Source of the DNA: Nemertoderma westbladi
Lineage: Eukaryota > Animalia > Xenacoelomorpha
Direction of reading: 5' to 3'
Assembly (NCBI GenBank): GCA_032718475.1
Contig: JAUCBJ010007025.1
Location: 1 to 64,000 of the forward strand
Length of the DNA: 64,000 nucleotides
Below the pieces are notes generated by a model, which did not search any database, was not told the origin of the DNA, and was given only the letters and a program-made list of their open reading frames with translations. A program made the position numbers and the translations under genes. The first letter of the stretch is position 1; each line of letters opens with the position of its first letter. This document shows positions 48,914 through 60,600 of this stretch, piece after piece.

Positions 48914-48991
48914 CCGCTCCCAGAAAATGGGATTTTCAGTCTAAAAAATATAAAAATCACAGTTTCTAAAACCTAAAGATACTCTAAACAG

Positions 48992-51900
48992 TTAGTCTTT
49001 CTTACGCGGACGGCGTTTACGCAGTTTCTTGAGGCTAGCAAGAGTCCTTTTCTCTTTGGGGCGAGCCACTTTACGAGGAGGGCTGTAGCTCCTAGGCGAA
49101 GGGTGCAATACAATTGCATCAGAAGGTGTAGGGTTACGATCGGTATACCCGCCGGTCGAAGTGCCTGGTTGATTAATATCAACCTCGGGGGAGCGAGGTC
49201 TAACGGCCTTTAGGGCGCGTCTCAGGACAGCAGCTCCTACGGGTCCTTGACGGGTCGTCTGGACACTAGCGGTGGGTGGACCGTGAGTGGTGAGGAACTT
49301 TCTCGGTTTAATGGTTCTCTCCAGCTCGCGTTCTCGGGTTCGATATTCATATGGTCGCCGAGATACTTCTTGTAGTTCAGGATGCGAGTTCACAAAGATG
49401 TCGCCATACTCGGGGTCCTGACGGATAAAATTGATCAGGTGATATGTGGTTATATCATTAGGGTTAACGTTTCTAAGGTATTTTCTGACAAACTTGGTGG
49501 AAATACACTCACCAACACGCTTCATTAACTCGTAACTTGGTACGCGTGTTTTCTGTTCAATCGACGCGAATAGATAAGGATGGAACGCGTAAACTCCCTC
49601 GTAAGCTCGTCCAGGGTAATAGCGATGTCGAGATTCGCAATGTAAATCCGCGTTCGCTTCCCAAGCTCGGATGTATCGCAGGGTGATTATCTCGTCTACG
49701 CTCTCTAAATCGCGATTAAAGGGACAATTGTAACTTTCATGTCCTTTAAGTTGACAGTAGTGACATTGAGTCATAAATTGTGGGCAGACGGCAAAGATAT
49801 GAGAGTTATTAAGTCTGCAATAAGCACAATATATTTCCATCATCGGTTGTTCGAGGAAATAGGAACAAGGTACGCTCGAGTCTAGAGGGGTGAAGTGGTC
49901 TCTCGATGCGCATAATCGACAACGTTTTCGAGAAACGTAGTTGGCGTGTCGATAATCGTACGCTGTGAGACGTTGTGGACCTTGATACCATTCTATGACA
50001 TAATCATTGTCACTGCTCCGGGAAGTTGTAGGCTGAATCGCTTCTGATTCCAAGCACACTGGTTCATCCTCCAGCTGTATAGACGAAGTGGGTGCGTCTG
50101 TCTCAGTAAGTGGATCTACTGTCTGTATTTCCACGATAGAATAACCTGTAGGTATTCGGGGTCTTTGTATAACAGATGAATGTAAGTTCTGTATACATAC
50201 GTCTTGAAACACGGCAAATCCAGCGCTACTCAGTTTCTCCGCAGCTGAGTCTCTCAGACTGAGTTTGGTCAGCGCGCGGTCCTTGAACTGACTATCGACG
50301 TTACGGAACGGAGTCAGAAAGCGCCGGAAACATTCGAAACGTATGAACTTATTGTGTTCGTCTAACTTGGCGAGTTTAGTTCCAAGTATTAATGGATGAG
50401 CGCGTATGGTACGACTGCACACATCGGCTAGCCAACCGGCAAGTGCTGCGTTTTCAAAGATCGTGTATATAGCTAAGGAAGGGCGAAGTGGAACACTCAT
50501 AAAGCTATATACGGCACCAGGCGCAGTTAATGGTCCATCAAAATATAAACGAGAGTAATGATCTCCATATACTTGCTGGTAATTGATAGGATTTCCAACT
50601 TTGAAGTTCCATCCATATTCTTGAAAGGCAAGATGTCCGATGGATGTCCGTTGTACTTTAGTAATGTCGCTGGGTGTATTGGCATACATAGTGCGAAAGA
50701 AACCTCGGCCTTCGGCCCAAGGAGCAATCAGCTGAGTATCAACGAAAGGGTATGGAATGTTTTCCATATTCCGGAAGTCGTTTTGGAGATCTCCATAAAC
50801 AGCTGAGCCGATTTTTAGGATTCTTTCGTTAAACAACATTTCGAGCACAGGTTGGGGTAACATTGATCCATCGATACCCATGGCCGGTTTGCGCTCGGTG
50901 TCGGTGACGTAACGCTGCGCGAGCTCGAATTGTCCATGTCGAAGTTTCTTTTGTGTCTCCGTAAGGGTTTCAAAAGAATAATCAATCACGTCGGAACACG
51001 CTCGAGTGAATACGTGGGTAGAACCAGCGAGTCCTCGTATATGTATCATTCGCGTAGTTCCTAGTTCTCCCACCGGAACGCTACCTTCGTTGTCATAAGT
51101 AACAACGCCATACATCTCGATAACGTTAAGAGTCTCGTTCCATTCTTTAGTGGCGTTTTCGAGAGTCATTCCCACTGGATGCCACAAAGTAGCGCATTCG
51201 CTAGCATTGGGTAAATCTCTATACTTTAAGCATTGTGTAGTATAGGTTTCCACATCTCCATATCGTTTTATTCTTTCTTCCTCGAATAACACGTCAAGAT
51301 TCCAGTGTACCAATCGAGTTTTAATGAATCCATCAAGATTGTACGGAGGTAATATTTCTTTCTCTATTCTGGAAATATTATACGGTTTTCGAAATGAGTT
51401 TAGTTTAACTAGCTGATCTAGATGTTTTTGTAGTTGTTCGAGTTCGACGAGGTCGAGAGGATTGATCAATGGTAGAAACTTCAGACTATGCGTAGGATCT
51501 TCTGGTTTTACCATGTAATATTGCTTTAAATTGACGTAATAAGGATGATCCTTAATTCCATAAAATGAGTCCGGCAAAGGTCTAGCGCGTATGTTAACAT
51601 CGTGTACCATGCGACGGACAAGATCCGCTCTATTGTCCGGAGGCTCAACAAGTACACCATCGACACGAGCAGCCGCTATGGGTGGACGTTGTATCATAGG
51701 AGCGTCAGCAATGAGCTCGTGAGATCTGAGATCAGTATTAACCGGTTGAGGCTGTACCGTAGCAAAGAGCTTGTCTTTAAAATGAGGAACCATCGAGGGG
51801 TGGAGGATCGTTTTGGAATAGAGATCCGTCACGAGAATTTGAGTTTCTGGTTGGGCTAAAGCAGCTTCTTCCCTCTCAGTCAGCTCTATATGTCTCTCCT

Positions 51901-53245
51901 CGAGCTGATTTTCCTCAGCTTGTTGTTGCAAGCGCTCGTCCAGGAATTCCTGTAAGGAGTAGGTTCGTCCACGTTCGATGTCCTCCTCTAGATTCTGTAT
52001 TTCTCTATCGAACTGGGGCAAAGCTAGTTCTTTCACCGCTTGGACTTGTTGTTGCAATTTACGTTTCTCCAAGCAATCGTAAGTTCCTTTTCCGATTTTC
52101 TGCCGAATAGCGTCCAATGCATTTCGTATCACGCTCTCTTCGACTTCTGTTACAGGTTGTATCGGAGGGAGGCCAGGACGGTTGTAGGGGTTAAACGGTG
52201 ATATTAGATGACCGCGTCCTAGTCCAGCGAGGTAAGGTTGGCGAATATCTAACGAACCCACTACCGGAGTGCCACCAATCAACTGTTCAGGTAACACTAG
52301 ATCTTTGAACAGTGAGTATAGCTCGGGAGGATCCGTAATACTATTAGGATCGAGAGTTTGAGGTATCACTTGGGAATGAGGAGGTCTGACCGAGTATTCC
52401 GGAACTCTGATCATGGGTTTGTTCAATGATCGTTTAAGGCGCGCGACCGTAGGTGATACGTCGAAAAGGTTTCGCTCGAAACTCCCATAAGTATATCGCG
52501 TAAAACTGTGTTTAGCGCAACGTCTCCGCGGATGTTTATGCCTTTCGATCTGCTGGTTAGGTCTAGGGCATTCGTCACAGTAATACCAAAGACGCATGTC
52601 TTGAAGGGGAAACGCGGGTGATCGCTCTCCAGTTTTACAATATTCCTCCATCTGTTCGAAGCTATCTGGAACGACAGGGAGTGGTCGATCGGCGGTAAGA
52701 TACATCATCGTAAAATAGAGCCGTTTGAGTTCCATCATAGGATCTGGATGTATACCTTGAGGATATCGAGTTTCGAGGTTTTGTTGACTAGCAACATTGA
52801 GATAGGTCTCTCTTAGGAATTCTAGATATTCGTTGAAGCTGCTACGTTTATCAGGTTCTTCAACGTCTTCTCTTTCGAGTTTATTTCGAATAGAGTTCTC
52901 GTGTTCTATTCTCGATTTGTCGTTTCGACTCCGCTGGGTATGATATTTAAATAAAACCATTTCCCTTTCGGTGTCGACATCGTCGGTGTCGTGTAAATCA
53001 ATAGGATGACCAGTAGTCAGGAAGTCCATATACGTACCATTACGATGCGTATAGCGAGCAGTGAATTTTCTATAGTCCAATTCACGCGTAAGTTGCTCCT
53101 GGGACATTGGCAGTTCGATATAATGACCATCGTCCTCCGTAGTAGTTGGATCAGTGTCGCCGCGTATTAAGCTATCGACAAACGCTTGTAAAGGTAGAGT
53201 ATATCTCTCCCTGATACCAAGATCATCTTCTATTAATTCAGTCAT
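48992..53245 (-). CDS. Accessory ORF3 (1417 aa): DEDDy-like 3'-5' exonuclease domain, CCHC zinc knuckles and a basic NLS-like tail
   Basis: VVTYDNEG (ExoI), LPQPVLEMLFNERILKIGSAVYGD (ExoII), FVDTQ, YTIFE (ExoIII-like). Knuckles CRLCASRDH, CAYC..H..C and CHYC..GH..C. C-terminal KKLRKRRPRKK. Confidence 0.8.
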   Translation of the reverse strand: MTELIEDDLGIRERYTLPLQAFVDSLIRGDTDPTTTEDDGHYIELPMSQEQLTRELDYRKFTARYTHRNGTYMDFLTTGHPIDLHDTDDVDTEREMVLFKYHTQRSRNDKSRIEHENSIRNKLEREDVEEPDKRSSFNEYLEFLRETYLNVASQQNLETRYPQGIHPDPMMELKRLYFTMMYLTADRPLPVVPDSFEQMEEYCKTGERSPAFPLQDMRLWYYCDECPRPNQQIERHKHPRRRCAKHSFTRYTYGSFERNLFDVSPTVARLKRSLNKPMIRVPEYSVRPPHSQVIPQTLDPNSITDPPELYSLFKDLVLPEQLIGGTPVVGSLDIRQPYLAGLGRGHLISPFNPYNRPGLPPIQPVTEVEESVIRNALDAIRQKIGKGTYDCLEKRKLQQQVQAVKELALPQFDREIQNLEEDIERGRTYSLQEFLDERLQQQAEENQLEERHIELTEREEAALAQPETQILVTDLYSKTILHPSMVPHFKDKLFATVQPQPVNTDLRSHELIADAPMIQRPPIAAARVDGVLVEPPDNRADLVRRMVHDVNIRARPLPDSFYGIKDHPYYVNLKQYYMVKPEDPTHSLKFLPLINPLDLVELEQLQKHLDQLVKLNSFRKPYNISRIEKEILPPYNLDGFIKTRLVHWNLDVLFEEERIKRYGDVETYTTQCLKYRDLPNASECATLWHPVGMTLENATKEWNETLNVIEMYGVVTYDNEGSVPVGELGTTRMIHIRGLAGSTHVFTRACSDVIDYSFETLTETQKKLRHGQFELAQRYVTDTERKPAMGIDGSMLPQPVLEMLFNERILKIGSAVYGDLQNDFRNMENIPYPFVDTQLIAPWAEGRGFFRTMYANTPSDITKVQRTSIGHLAFQEYGWNFKVGNPINYQQVYGDHYSRLYFDGPLTAPGAVYSFMSVPLRPSLAIYTIFENAALAGWLADVCSRTIRAHPLILGTKLAKLDEHNKFIRFECFRRFLTPFRNVDSQFKDRALTKLSLRDSAAEKLSSAGFAVFQDVCIQNLHSSVIQRPRIPTGYSIVEIQTVDPLTETDAPTSSIQLEDEPVCLESEAIQPTTSRSSDNDYVIEWYQGPQRLTAYDYRHANYVSRKRCRLCASRDHFTPLDSSVPCSYFLEQPMMEIYCAYCRLNNSHIFAVCPQFMTQCHYCQLKGHESYNCPFNRDLESVDEIITLRYIRAWEANADLHCESRHRYYPGRAYEGVYAFHPYLFASIEQKTRVPSYELMKRVGECISTKFVRKYLRNVNPNDITTYHLINFIRQDPEYGDIFVNSHPELQEVSRRPYEYRTRERELERTIKPRKFLTTHGPPTASVQTTRQGPVGAAVLRRALKAVRPRSPEVDINQPGTSTGGYTDRNPTPSDAIVLHPSPRSYSPPRKVARPKEKRTLASLKKLRKRRPRKKD

Positions 53246-54891
53246 ATCTGCTATACGAGTTCACCAATATTATAATGAGTTTATATATTTATTAGGCGAG
53301 CGGGCGTCGCTGCCTACTTCTCCCTTGCCCCGGACAGTGTGATTCTCAGCGCCGATGTACCGCTGTCGCTGTACTTTCGCCAACGACGTAGCTGTACAAC
53401 GACAACGATAACCGGCACAAGTCACTCCACTGTCCGTCCCAAAGGCTTAGATGTACTTCAGGTTTCCTTGGAGAGTTAGGTTACTTTCACGATTGCGACT
53501 AGCTACTGTAAACACACTTTAGCAGTAACATTCACCTATAAACTCACAAATACCACACAACTGGTCACAACGACGCACATTCGGGCCATTTGTCCGTTAG
53601 TCAATGCCTTCCAGAATGTCACTGTATTATTATGTATCCTTGGATACTAGCAGTGCACTGTTTATTCCCTATGCTATTCAATGGGACAAGCTGTCTATTG
53701 TTCTTTTAACTCAATTCTAATTCTAGCGTGGTTGTTGCTATGGTGACATTATGTAAAGCTAGCAGTAGAATTAGGGTAATTCCAATGCATACAGATCTGG
53801 GATGTTATTTAATAGTAATTCTTTAATGGTCAATGTCCTGTTTTATACATGACTTTATGAATTTTATCGGCTATTGACTATGTTTGGGAGACTTTCTCAC
53901 ACTCATACGCATAATAAGATAAATCTCCGCTCCCTTGATCTATTAATTAATGGAATTTTGGGAATGTTATAAATTGCGTAAAAATGGCAATTTATTAAAT
54001 TCATTAAAAGGCATGAATTTAAATTTATTCCCTGAAATTTTATTATTTGATAATTAAATGGACATATTTTGATTCTAGAACATGTCTGGGGACACAAGAT
54101 CCTTAATTCTATGAAAATTGTCTTTTTAAGAATATCGGTAAATGCTACGATATCTTAATTGACTAGAATTGTTGAAGGATCTGAATTTTACAGAGTTGAT
54201 TTATTAGATTTGCAAATATTAAATAATTAATATTTGAGATGGGCACCGATTTATTCCAGAACTTGTCTGGGGACGTTAACCACTGATTCTAAAATTTGTC
54301 TTTCAAGTATATCGGTGGGTGCCGCGATATCTTAATCGACTAGAATTACAGATGGTCAAAGGGTTTAACAGATTTATTTTGCGTTATACGCTACTGTTAA
54401 AGGGACATCACGCTACTATATGTATTATTTAATATACGGTATGAGAGCAATATCGCACGAAGCAATGTCAGTGTGAAGAGGCAAGTCGTTTCCAAGGTCT
54501 ACCCAGAGCTTGGTTTAGCCGAGACACGAGGATCTGAACTTTGCATTCCTAATACTCTGCCTACCAATAATACTTGAATATAGTAGTGGCTTTATTGTAC
54601 TTTAATAAGTACGGAGATTTCATCTTACTGTAGTTACGTATTTATAATGTAATACGGACAGTAAGGAAAGAGAAAAAGAATTGTTTCTCGCCGTCGCACT
54701 AAATATAATATAAGTAATTACGTACGCAATGAACACGAACATATTGCACTATTCTACTAAATAATCGCTAAATAATATTCTACTAAATTAAATAAAACGA
54801 TTATAATAAAATTACATAGTAATACATACATAAATATAAAAATAATAAAATAATATAAAATAATAGAGTCACACGCCCACTCCGAACGATA

Positions 54892-57681
54892 TTAAGTTGG
54901 GGAGTCCCTAGATGTCGGTTGGATTAGGGAAGTGGTCGTGGGAAGAGTTTCTTGTCTTCCATAGTTTCCGGAGAGCTCTCTGTCTCTTTCCAGTAAACAT
55001 AAACGACCCACTGGGCGATTGAGCTGTTGAGTCTCAAAGACTATCCCTGGTTTCTTAAAGTTACGACGCATGACGACGAGCTCTACTGATCGCACCAAAC
55101 CATCGCTCGAGATATGAGTCTCGATGATACGTCCTGTTTGCCATCGCTTACGTGGGAGATCGGGGTCCACAATAAGCACCATGTCTCCAGCGCTGACGTT
55201 TTCTTGCTGCGCAAACCACTTAGTTCGAAGTTGTAGAGTGGGCAGGTAATGTTTCTCGAAATGGTCAGCGAAACGACGGGATAGCAACTGCATAAGTTGC
55301 CAGGTTCGACGGCAGTACTCGTCTCCGTCTGTGATCTCCGATCGTGGGAGCATGGCTACGGGTTTTTTCAGTAGAAAGTGCGCGGGTGTTAGCGCTTCCA
55401 GGGAATCAGGACTTGAAGAGACTGGCATAAGCGGTCTTTCGTTGAGATAGGCGGCGATTTCCTCCATTAACGTCCGCAATAGTTCGTCGGTGAGATAAGC
55501 GCGACAAGGCACAATAAAGTGGAACGCAGTCTTCACGCTCCTAATCAATCTCTCCCAACTTCCTCCCCACCAAGGGGCGTCGGCGGCGTTGAAGGTCCAG
55601 CTAGACGCTGTTATCTTTAGCTGATCGTCCACCTGTCTTTTGTTCCAGTCCTTTACGTAAGCTTGAATTTCGTTGTTGGCGCCAATGAAGTTCGTTCCCT
55701 TATCCGATCTCATCGTGTTACTGGTTCCGAAACGAGCGATCTGTCGTCGTAAACTCAACACGAAGCTGTTGGTGGATAGATCGTTTACCATATCGAGATG
55801 GATAGCTCTACAAGTCATACAAACGAAGATGACACACCATCTCTTGACTATAGTCCGGGCACGATATACTTCAATAGGGCCAAATAAATCCACACCGGTA
55901 TTAGTAAAGGGTGGTTCATAGAAGCTTACTCTTTCCCTAGGTAATTCTGCCTCTCGCTGTGTTAAAGGCCTACTGAATGCTTTCCTACAGGGTATGCAGT
56001 TCCTAAGAACTTGGTTCAGAGCCCTACGGGGTTTATAAAAATAGTAGCGAGTTCGAATTTCACTCAGAACTCGTTCTCTACCAGCATGGTACAGTTTGCT
56101 ATGAACATCTACAATCATCTTGATTTGTATGTCAAGATTTCTAATGAGTATGGGGAACTTAGTGTCAAAGGATAATGGGGCGTTGGTAAGCCTGCCTCCA
56201 ACACGTATTAACCCATCTATCATGGTACTAGAGAAGCGATCCCTTAAGCGCATCTGTGGATTTCTTAACAACAGGAAATACTTATCGGAATCCTCATAAC
56301 ATTGTAGAAGTCTCAGCATCTGTTTGTTGGTTTCATCATGCTCCTGGTAACTGATCTTCTCCTTTAGAAACCTGTCGGATATCTTGTATTGGGGAAGGTC
56401 TTTAACAACATGGACTCGTGCAGATGTTGATGGAGCATCATCACTATGGGTCTTTGTCCCGGAGTAATGATGATGAAAACATCGTTTTAAATAGGTGACG
56501 GCTTTGCAGAGCCGATTCCAGGAGCTGTAGTGACATATCGCTCTCTGCAAGAGGGGTGAGAGTCCTTGTGCGATATCTGGTATTCCAGATTTCCAATCCT
56601 TGTCACGGATTTCCAAGACTTCTTTAGTCGTGGCGGTGGGTTTCTGATCCAAAGCATCATCTTCGGAAGTAAATAATACAGATAGATCAACCGCAGGTTT
56701 AAACAACTTCGATTTACTCGCTCGAATTTTAGGTTTAACTTTCTCCGCTCCCTTGGCCTGTCTGATCTCTGCTGTTGTGAGATGGGGAGGCCATTCTTCT
56801 TCTTCTTTGTAGAGAAAGTCGGGTCCACCTAACCATTCGGGAGTATTTACCAATTCCTTTGGAGTCGCTCCTCGGGAAGCGATGTCTGCTGGATTAATCG
56901 TTCCGGGGCAATGTCTCCATTGGTCCATCGTCGTGCGACTAAGTATGATGGCTACCCTGTTGGTAACGAAGACGCTGAACTGACAGACTTCATTGGTTAT
57001 ATACTCTAACACGAGTAAAGCGTCGGTCCAATAGACAGTTTTCTCTAATGGATAGTCAATCTGTTCTGTTACATTCCGGCCGATGGCTGTAGCGTATAGA
57101 GCCACTTTTAACTCCGCTCGAGGAACTTTCAACTTGTTGTTGATTAATGCCTTAGAAGTAACCAAGGCGACTTTGATTCCATCCGGAGTTTCCACTCTTA
57201 GATAGGCTACTATACCTATTTCCATATCGCTGGCGTCTCCAAACACATGGAGTTGATAGGAATACGTAGGGAGAACATGACCAAAATATGAACGGGAAAT
57301 TATAAAATCCTCGATAGCTGGCAGAGAATCTTCCCATTTCATCCACTTCTTCAATAATTCTCCCTTAAGTGGATCGTCCCATGAGTGGTTTTCAAGCCAC
57401 ATTTGTTGTACCAAACTACGAGCAATCAATATAACTGGGCTAATAAATCCCAATGGATCGAAATAAGTGCTCAGTATACTTAAGCAAATCCGTTTGGTTC
57501 GAACTGGATTATCTCGCTGTTTTAGCTGGAAAAACAGGATATCTCGCTCTGTGTCCCATTTCAAGCCGAGTGTCTTGGTTTCTGGTAGATCATCTTTGAT
57601 CAAATCGAGATCTTTCGCTCCTCGATCTTCCGCAGGGATCGACTCCAGAAACTCACGGGAGTTGCTGGTGAATTTCGTTAA
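54892..57681 (-). CDS. pol: Bel/Pao pol C-terminal part (RT end, RNase H, integrase), in frame after an internal TGA
   Basis: LGLKW, DPLGFISP, VFGDAS, PRAEL, NPADIASRG, RVGGRL, H..H..C..C, DLFGP, SDKGTNF, WERLIRSVK and DUF5641 motifs. Confidence 0.93.
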   Translation of the reverse strand, partial: LTKFTSNSREFLESIPAEDRGAKDLDLIKDDLPETKTLGLKWDTERDILFFQLKQRDNPVRTKRICLSILSTYFDPLGFISPVILIARSLVQQMWLENHSWDDPLKGELLKKWMKWEDSLPAIEDFIISRSYFGHVLPTYSYQLHVFGDASDMEIGIVAYLRVETPDGIKVALVTSKALINNKLKVPRAELKVALYATAIGRNVTEQIDYPLEKTVYWTDALLVLEYITNEVCQFSVFVTNRVAIILSRTTMDQWRHCPGTINPADIASRGATPKELVNTPEWLGGPDFLYKEEEEWPPHLTTAEIRQAKGAEKVKPKIRASKSKLFKPAVDLSVLFTSEDDALDQKPTATTKEVLEIRDKDWKSGIPDIAQGLSPLLQRAICHYSSWNRLCKAVTYLKRCFHHHYSGTKTHSDDAPSTSARVHVVKDLPQYKISDRFLKEKISYQEHDETNKQMLRLLQCYEDSDKYFLLLRNPQMRLRDRFSSTMIDGLIRVGGRLTNAPLSFDTKFPILIRNLDIQIKMIVDVHSKLYHAGRERVLSEIRTRYYFYKPRRALNQVLRNCIPCRKAFSRPLTQREAELPRERVSFYEPPFTNTGVDLFGPIEVYRARTIVKRWCVIFVCMTCRAIHLDMVNDLSTNSFVLSLRRQIARFGTSNTMRSDKGTNFIGANNEIQAYVKDWNKRQVDDQLKITASSWTFNAADAPWWGGSWERLIRSVKTAFHFIVPCRAYLTDELLRTLMEEIAAYLNERPLMPVSSSPDSLEALTPAHFLLKKPVAMLPRSEITDGDEYCRRTWQLMQLLSRRFADHFEKHYLPTLQLRTKWFAQQENVSAGDMVLIVDPDLPRKRWQTGRIIETHISSDGLVRSVELVVMRRNFKKPGIVFETQQLNRPVGRLCLLERDRELSGNYGRQETLPTTTSLIQPTSRDSPT

Positions 57682-60600
57682 TCAAAACCCACCTCTTTTT
57701 AAGCACTCTACCGTTCCTTTAGCTACCTCAATGGCTTCCTCAACTGATGGAAGGGACTTCAGATTGTCGTCCATGTATATGTCTCTCTTGATGTTGTCGA
57801 TCACTTCCTTAGAGAAGGCCTCTCGGTTGTCTTCTGCAGTGGTACGCACTACCGAACAGGCGTTGGAAGGGCTTGAGATTATCCCAAAGGCCTGGATGGT
57901 CATCCAGTACTCCACCGGTTTCTGGTTGAGGTCTCCTTCGGGCCACCACAGAAATCGTAGACTATCTCGATCCCTATCTAACACCTTGACTTGTAAGAAC
58001 ATGCCTTCTATATCGGAGGCGAAAGCAATCGAATATTGTCTCAATCTTAAAAGAATTCCCAACAAAGATTGAAGCAAGTTGGGTCCGGGTAACAATTCAG
58101 AGTTAAGGGATTGACCCATGTAAAGAGCGGAGCCATCAAACACTACTCTCACTTCATGTGGTTTACCGGGTTTAGGAACGTAATGGTGAGTTAAGTAATA
58201 CGTTCTTTCAGTCACAGGTGTTTCTTCCGGTACTCTCTCCGCGTATCCCTTACTAATAAATTTCTCCAGCTGTGTTTGATACATTGCTTTAGCTGAAGAA
58301 TTAGCCGTAAGGCGTCGATGGAGTTGCGCGATTCTTTTTTCCGCCAAGGGTCTGTTATTGATGAACTTCGGTTCTCTCTTGCGGAAAGGTAGACCGACTT
58401 CATACCTACCTTGATCTTTGAGGAAACGTGTAGTTGTCTCTTGGATCTGCTTGGCCCTTTCCTCTTCCACCGACAAGGCTTTATCGTAGGAATTGGGCTC
58501 TACCGCCTCTTGCGTAAAGAATCGTACGGCATGTTCATCTCGAGTCTTGGCATTACAACGCTCAATGACATCATTTAGCTCGTCGTTATAAGCTTCTCGT
58601 TCAGATGGATAAAGAAGTTGACATAAGTTCACTTGGTTTTGCCAAGCCTCGTTTTCCTTAAAGAGGTCGATGGTATTCTCCTCATCAAAAAGCTGGTGCA
58701 CGTCGTCGTTATCTGAGGAGTATGGGGTTCCCTCAGTTAAATCGTCTCCCTCACTAGTATCATCTTCCCATTCACTCACCTGGTAGACGCGCTCTTGCGG
58801 TAGTCTTTCTCTGAGTGTTCTACGGGAAGGGCCAGTAAAGTACCAACCTACTCTAGTTCTTACCGCATAGGTCTGTAGTGGCTGCGTTTGAGCAGGCCGT
58901 TTCTCTAATGTCTCCAGCGCCTCATGCGCGTTTTGGCCGATGAGTATTTGCACTCCAGGATAATCAGTCTGGAATCGAGGTATGTTAAGATGTTGGATAC
59001 TCTCATCCTCGTCCCAATTATAAAGGTCTGCTTGAGTAGTAGCGAAGTTCTTTATAGCTACCATTTTCACTGACCTTATGCTATGTTCTCCTAGTTCGTC
59101 CTGGGGGGTGGACAACGCTCCTACATAATAATCCACTGTTATTGTAGATTTCCAAACTTGCATAATTCCTGACATGTTTAGCTTAGTTCGGAACTTGGGT
59201 TGTCCATCAAATATGTCTTCGGCTAGTTCTTTATCAATGAATGTTCCTGTACTACCGGAGTCAAGGAGGGCGTTCACTACATAACTCCTCTTAGGTCCGT
59301 GAACCCTTACTTGCACCACAGGAAACTCTCGGATCCCTACATTGGAAGATGGCTCTTTCCAAGATGGTTGTCGCTCAGAAGTAGTTAGAGTGAAGTCGTT
59401 GTCTGTATCCTTTTCATATGTGAGTGCTCGATACACTGCGGTATTTATCATGTAACAGGATTCGTTTTCGTCGGAGAACTCGTCTGTATAGAATCCTTCC
59501 ATCTCAGATTGATCAGTGTCGTTCACATCACTGAATTGGACATGTAGCTCGGAATCACTTACCTGATTCGGACTATTTCGCTCGAATTCAGCATGCAACA
59601 AGATATGATGTTTCGCACCACACTTTGCACACCTTATGTCAGAGAAACAGGTACGCCGTTGGTGTCCTTGTCTGAGGCAATTATAACATAACCGCTTATC
59701 CCACATGACTTCGCGTCTCTCCGTTAATGACTTCTTCAGGAATTCATCACACATATTCAAACGGTGGGTCCCGTCACACAGCGCACATTTCGGTTTGATG
59801 TTACTTACCTTATTTTGAGTCACATTGTGTACACTTGCCTTTTCTTCGGGCTTTCTCACCGGAATTCTCTTGGGAGACGTGGGAGGAGTTTTTCTTACCT
59901 GTTCTCTCCTGTCATTTGCTCGAGACTTGAATTTACTTACCTGATCTTTAGGCATTTTATTGACATAATAAGATCTATCAGTGTCTTTCCCGCTATCTTC
60001 TCCTTGAGAAGTCTGGCTTTCGCCGTCGTCTGTATAACACACTGGTGTTACCTTTCTCCTAGAGACGGGTTTTTCACTTACCTTGTTTTCCAGTGTCTTC
60101 TCTCTGGACAGTTTCAGGAGCTGTAATTTCACTTCTCCATCTAGGAATGACATGAGATCAGCCATGGTAGGGTCTCGTCGTTGTTGTTCCATCATATATA
60201 ACACTTTCTTATCCCAGCGTGTACCTACTCCACCCTTCGGTAAAGTAGAAGCCACTGCTCTAATAACCATAGCATTCTGATACTCCTGAGACTTACCTAG
60301 CCAATCTAATTGTCTACAGATCTCCTGAATCTCATCGGAAAACTCGATAATTCCGCTGCTAATAAACTTTCGGGGCGCTACCAACTTTGCATACAAATAC
60401 CCAGCGATGTTATTCCTATTACCATACCTGATGTTTAGTGTATCCCAAACTTGTCTTAATCCGTCTGGATGTCCAATAAACTTTAACGCCATTAACTTGG
60501 GAGATCCTTCCAAGCACTCGATGAGGTATCTAAGTTTTTCTCCATTAGATAGTACAGAGTTCTGTATGTTATCTTTGTAATATTCATTAAAAGGTAACCA

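Noticed and set aside
48992-53245. ORF3 as an envelope gene
   Set aside because: No signal peptide, furin site/fusion peptide or TM anchor. It has nuclease-like and zinc-knuckle motifs and a basic tail instead.
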